Source of the DNA: Dipteris shenzhenensis | Taxonomy: Eukaryota | Strand: one strand, 5' to 3' | Assembly: GCA_047967505.1 (NCBI GenBank) | Contig: CM106538.1 | DNA: 64,000 nt | Shown: positions 60,977 through 64,000 of the stretch, piece after piece | Position numbering within the stretch: the stretch's first letter is position 1 | How the letters are laid out: every line of letters starts with the position of its first letter | Notes under the pieces: generated by a model | Seen by the model: the letters and a program-made list of their open reading frames with translations, nothing else | What the model was told of the DNA's origin: nothing | Database searches by the model: none | Program-made: the position numbers and the translations under genes

Positions 60977-63627
60977 TTATGCATTACAAACTTCCAAGAG
61001 TACAATGTGCCTCAGTGCACATAGGGGCTCTGAAGTAGAAGGATTCTCAGGTCCAAGCTTCTGATGTCCAAGCTCAATAAATGGATGGGAAAGGGGCTCA
61101 CGATCCTCAGGTCCAGGCTCAATAGTCTGAGGGGCTGGATGAGCGTCCTCATGTCCAAGTTCAGTAGTTAGAGGAGGAAGTTCAATGGATGGTGGAGGCA
61201 TTTGAGGTTGGGCCTTAGGGTCCTTTAGTCTTGTGAGAGGGTCCTCATCTTGCTCTCGAGTGAGGTCCTCCATCAATTTTGAGCTCTGTCCCCTCGATCT
61301 AATTTCTTAGAGCTTTCCTCCTCCCTACTTTTCTCTTGTGGTAACGAGGAGGCATATTGAAGGAGATCTACGATCATCCTAGCTCTGAAGTTTAACACAA
61401 ATTGATCATCATAGCTTTCTTCTATCATCTGACTTTAGTTAAGAGTTCAATGTTAAGATTAATGTTATGTATAAATTTTAAATGCATCAATAATGGTACT
61501 TACGGGACCTGATGTATCCTTTGACAAATAAGCCTCCAAAATGTACTTGGTATATATAAGGACCCTCCATCTGCAAGAGTGGGCATCATATTGTTGTGGT
61601 GTCTGTGAACCATCCAGTTGCTTGTAAGCCTAAAACTATATTAATTTATTTTAAAAAATTATTGAGAGGGCAAAGGATTTTATGTCTTATCTCCAAGAGC
61701 AGCAGTTCAATTGCACCCAACTTACATGATCTTTTCTCGCAGAAATTGATTGCAAAAGATAGTCTCTTCAGACCATTGTAAGTTGCATATGTGAGTGTGA
61801 ACAACTTTCTACAAAATAAATAGTTTGTTATTTTAAAAAATTGCGATACTTATTTAAGGCATTGCAAGTTCACTTATAGATTGATCTCTCAATGAGTATG
61901 TGTAATTGTATTGAAGCACAAGCATCCTTTTGATGGCAGATGTATTATAGCTAAACTCCAATGTCGACTTCATTTGACAATTGCTGTAAATATTAGAATT
62001 TGTGGATTGAAAATAACAATCTAGCTCCTTATGCAATGTACTTACTAATCACTTACTCTGAATGGTAAGGGATGACAATTAGGGTCACAAATTCAAAATT
62101 GCAATATGTGAACCACTTTGCAAGCTGGTCCACCGGCTCCCTAGGATCCCTCATTTTGAAGGAGATAGCTGGGTCCACGATATGTAAAATACTTTGAATC
62201 TCCTCATGTAACTTTTTTTTGAGTAAGCTACAAATCAACAGAGGAATTCAAAATACTGTTAAAAATAAGTGGTTTTCTAAATCGATATATAAAAATAAAA
62301 ACCTACTTGAGTCCTGCAAGGATAACTGTATGGGTAACTTGTCCTGCTCTATCTTTTATTGCTTTGAGACAATCTTCTATTAGGGTAAACTCTCTCATTG
62401 ACTCTGCATCTGCAAAACTTATCCTTACAGTAGGTCCCAGTGTATTTAGATGCTCGAGAACATATAGCTCTAGCTTTGCAGTATCTAGATTAGTGGACGA
62501 GCTATGAAGAAGCTTGGTGTCCTTAAATTTTATCCTTTGCACCTCCTTGAAGGCTATTTTTGCTCTTGTTTTTTTTCCATGAGTCACTTCCTCTACAATC
62601 ACCTCATCTTGTATTGGCATTCGAGCAGGTGGTATCAGCAAAATGTCTCTCATCTTTATGTCTGTCATATTTGTAGCGTTCAGGAGTTTGTCATATCTCC
62701 GTCTAACCATCTCTAAAGTGGTGATATCTTTTTCCATGATTGTCACCCTATGGGTGTGGGCTGCAAGAAGAAATGTATCCTAAAAAAACTCTATGAAAAA
62801 GTCCTCGGTAGCCTCCTGCAATGCCCAAATAGTTGTTCTTTGCAATTGGTATCCAAGGCCCACAAAGTTCATATCATCACAATCTTGCCTAACAAGCCTT
62901 TGAAAAGGAGCCTTGGGAATACACTGTCTCATGGCTTTCTAGGACCTTCTTATCTCCATTAGAACACTGGCCTTTTGTGTAAATCTTTTCTTTTTTGCTT
63001 GTTTGAGAAGATGCATTGGCTTTCCTTTTCTTGGATGTGAATCATGTCCTCTTGATGTTGCCAATTTTGCTATGGGTGGACCCTTGTCCATCTTCCTGCC
63101 TTCGTCCTTACCATTGTAATTGATGTTAAACTGCACCTGAGATCATAAAACAAGTCCTAAGTCCTCTCTCTCTGTGTCTCTCATGAAAGGCATGACAGAA
63201 CATAGTGCAGGCATGAACAGAACACAGTTCTTTGTTAAGGTTTATGTAGCCTTCTATCCCCTCTATCCTTTGATGCAACTATTGATAGGTAGCATGGAGT
63301 AAACTCTGCAATCAGTTTAGCATTATCCATTTATCAAAGTCAACATGCTTAGGCCAATGATGCTGGTTTATCCTACAAGGGGAAGTGCTCTGATGGAATG
63401 TTATATCACTGAAGATACAAAGCATGGGCTTTTTCATGAGTCTAGAAGAGAAGGTATACTGCTAGATATGCTCAATTTGAGGATCATCAGATGTCACTGC
63501 CTATCATGTCTAGGGAACACTAGAAAGCAACATTGAAAAGGGTTTAAACACACATTAAAAACTTGTTTTGAGGTTTCATGGAATACAATGATTTGTCTCG
63601 TCCATGTGCAAGTTTGAATCTCGCCAT
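60977..63627 (-). pseudogene. Spliced gene encoding a divergent histone H3 fold fused to a Ulp1/SENP-like (C48) peptidase, disabled. Approximate exons (minus): 63627-63563, 63136-62307, 62227-62057, 61983-~61848, 61808-61726, 61629-61504, 61428-60977
   Basis: Exon 63136-62307 reads KKKRFTQKASVLMEIRRS*KAMRQCIPKAPFQRLVRQDCDDMNFVGLGYQLQRTTIWALQEATEDFFIEFF*DTFLLAAHTHRVTIMEKDITTLEMVRRR. Downstream exons give QLAKWF...LIVIPYH, RHWSLAIIHLP (His 61961-61963), TPQQYDAHSC (Cys 61573-61575) and FVLNFRARMIVDLL. Confidence 0.8.
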
Positions 63628-63782
63628 GGGCAAGTCGGAGAAGATCTGCACGATCCTCTAGGGCCAGCTCACACACAGCAAGGCTAGGGCGAATCAAGGT
63701 AGAAAAGGGGCATAGAAAAGCCAACAGCCAAGCAACCAAGTTGGCCACATTAAGTGAGCAGATCTAGTTGGATGGATAGACC

Positions 63783-63786
<4 letters not shown>

Positions 63787-63826
<40 letters not shown>

Positions 63827-63940
63827 CCCCCCCTCTCTTTGTTGATTTGTGTTCTCTCCCCCTCTCTCTCTCTGTATGTCGCTCTCTCTGTATGTCTCTC
63901 AATTCTCTCCCTCCCCCCCCCCTCTCTCTCTCTCTGTCTC
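63787..63940. repeat. (CT)n microsatellite and CT-rich tract
   Basis: Directly visible. Confidence 0.95.
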
Positions 63941-64000
63941 TGTATGTCTGTAAGTTCTCCATGTGCAAGTTTGAAGCTCTCCATGGGCAAGTCAGAGAAG

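Noticed and set aside
62700-63136. Calling the H3-like sequence the host CENH3 or a canonical H3 gene
   Set aside because: It has two in-frame stops, continues into a protease domain instead of ending after the fold, and lies behind a CACTA terminus.

Overview
Eukaryotic plant nuclear DNA. The repeat content, very long introns and RTE-X-like LINEs suggest a non-seed plant such as a fern, though the organism is inferred. There are two host genes, both on the + strand. (1) A chloroplast DnaJ-ferredoxin co-chaperone (DJC76/DJC77 type), whose visible exons (928-29821) are spread by introns of about 10.0, 12.3 and 4.8 kb filled with nested transposons: an RTE-X-like LINE, a chromodomain Ty3/gypsy, copia remnants and a full-length 7.4 kb L1 LINE with target-site duplication (TSD). 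(2) A compact six-exon Spg1/Tem1-family (SGP1) small GTPase (53449-55098). About 30-52 kb is decayed gypsy and LINE debris. The most striking item starts at a CACTA terminus at 57811. This putative En/Spm element carries two convergent, spliced, now-pseudogenised cargo genes: a BAH-domain gene (+) and a gene fusing a divergent histone H3 fold to a Ulp1/SENP-type (C48) cysteine protease (-). Together they form a candidate transposon-encoded chromatin-manipulation module. All domain calls come from manual translation and motif recognition, not database searches.
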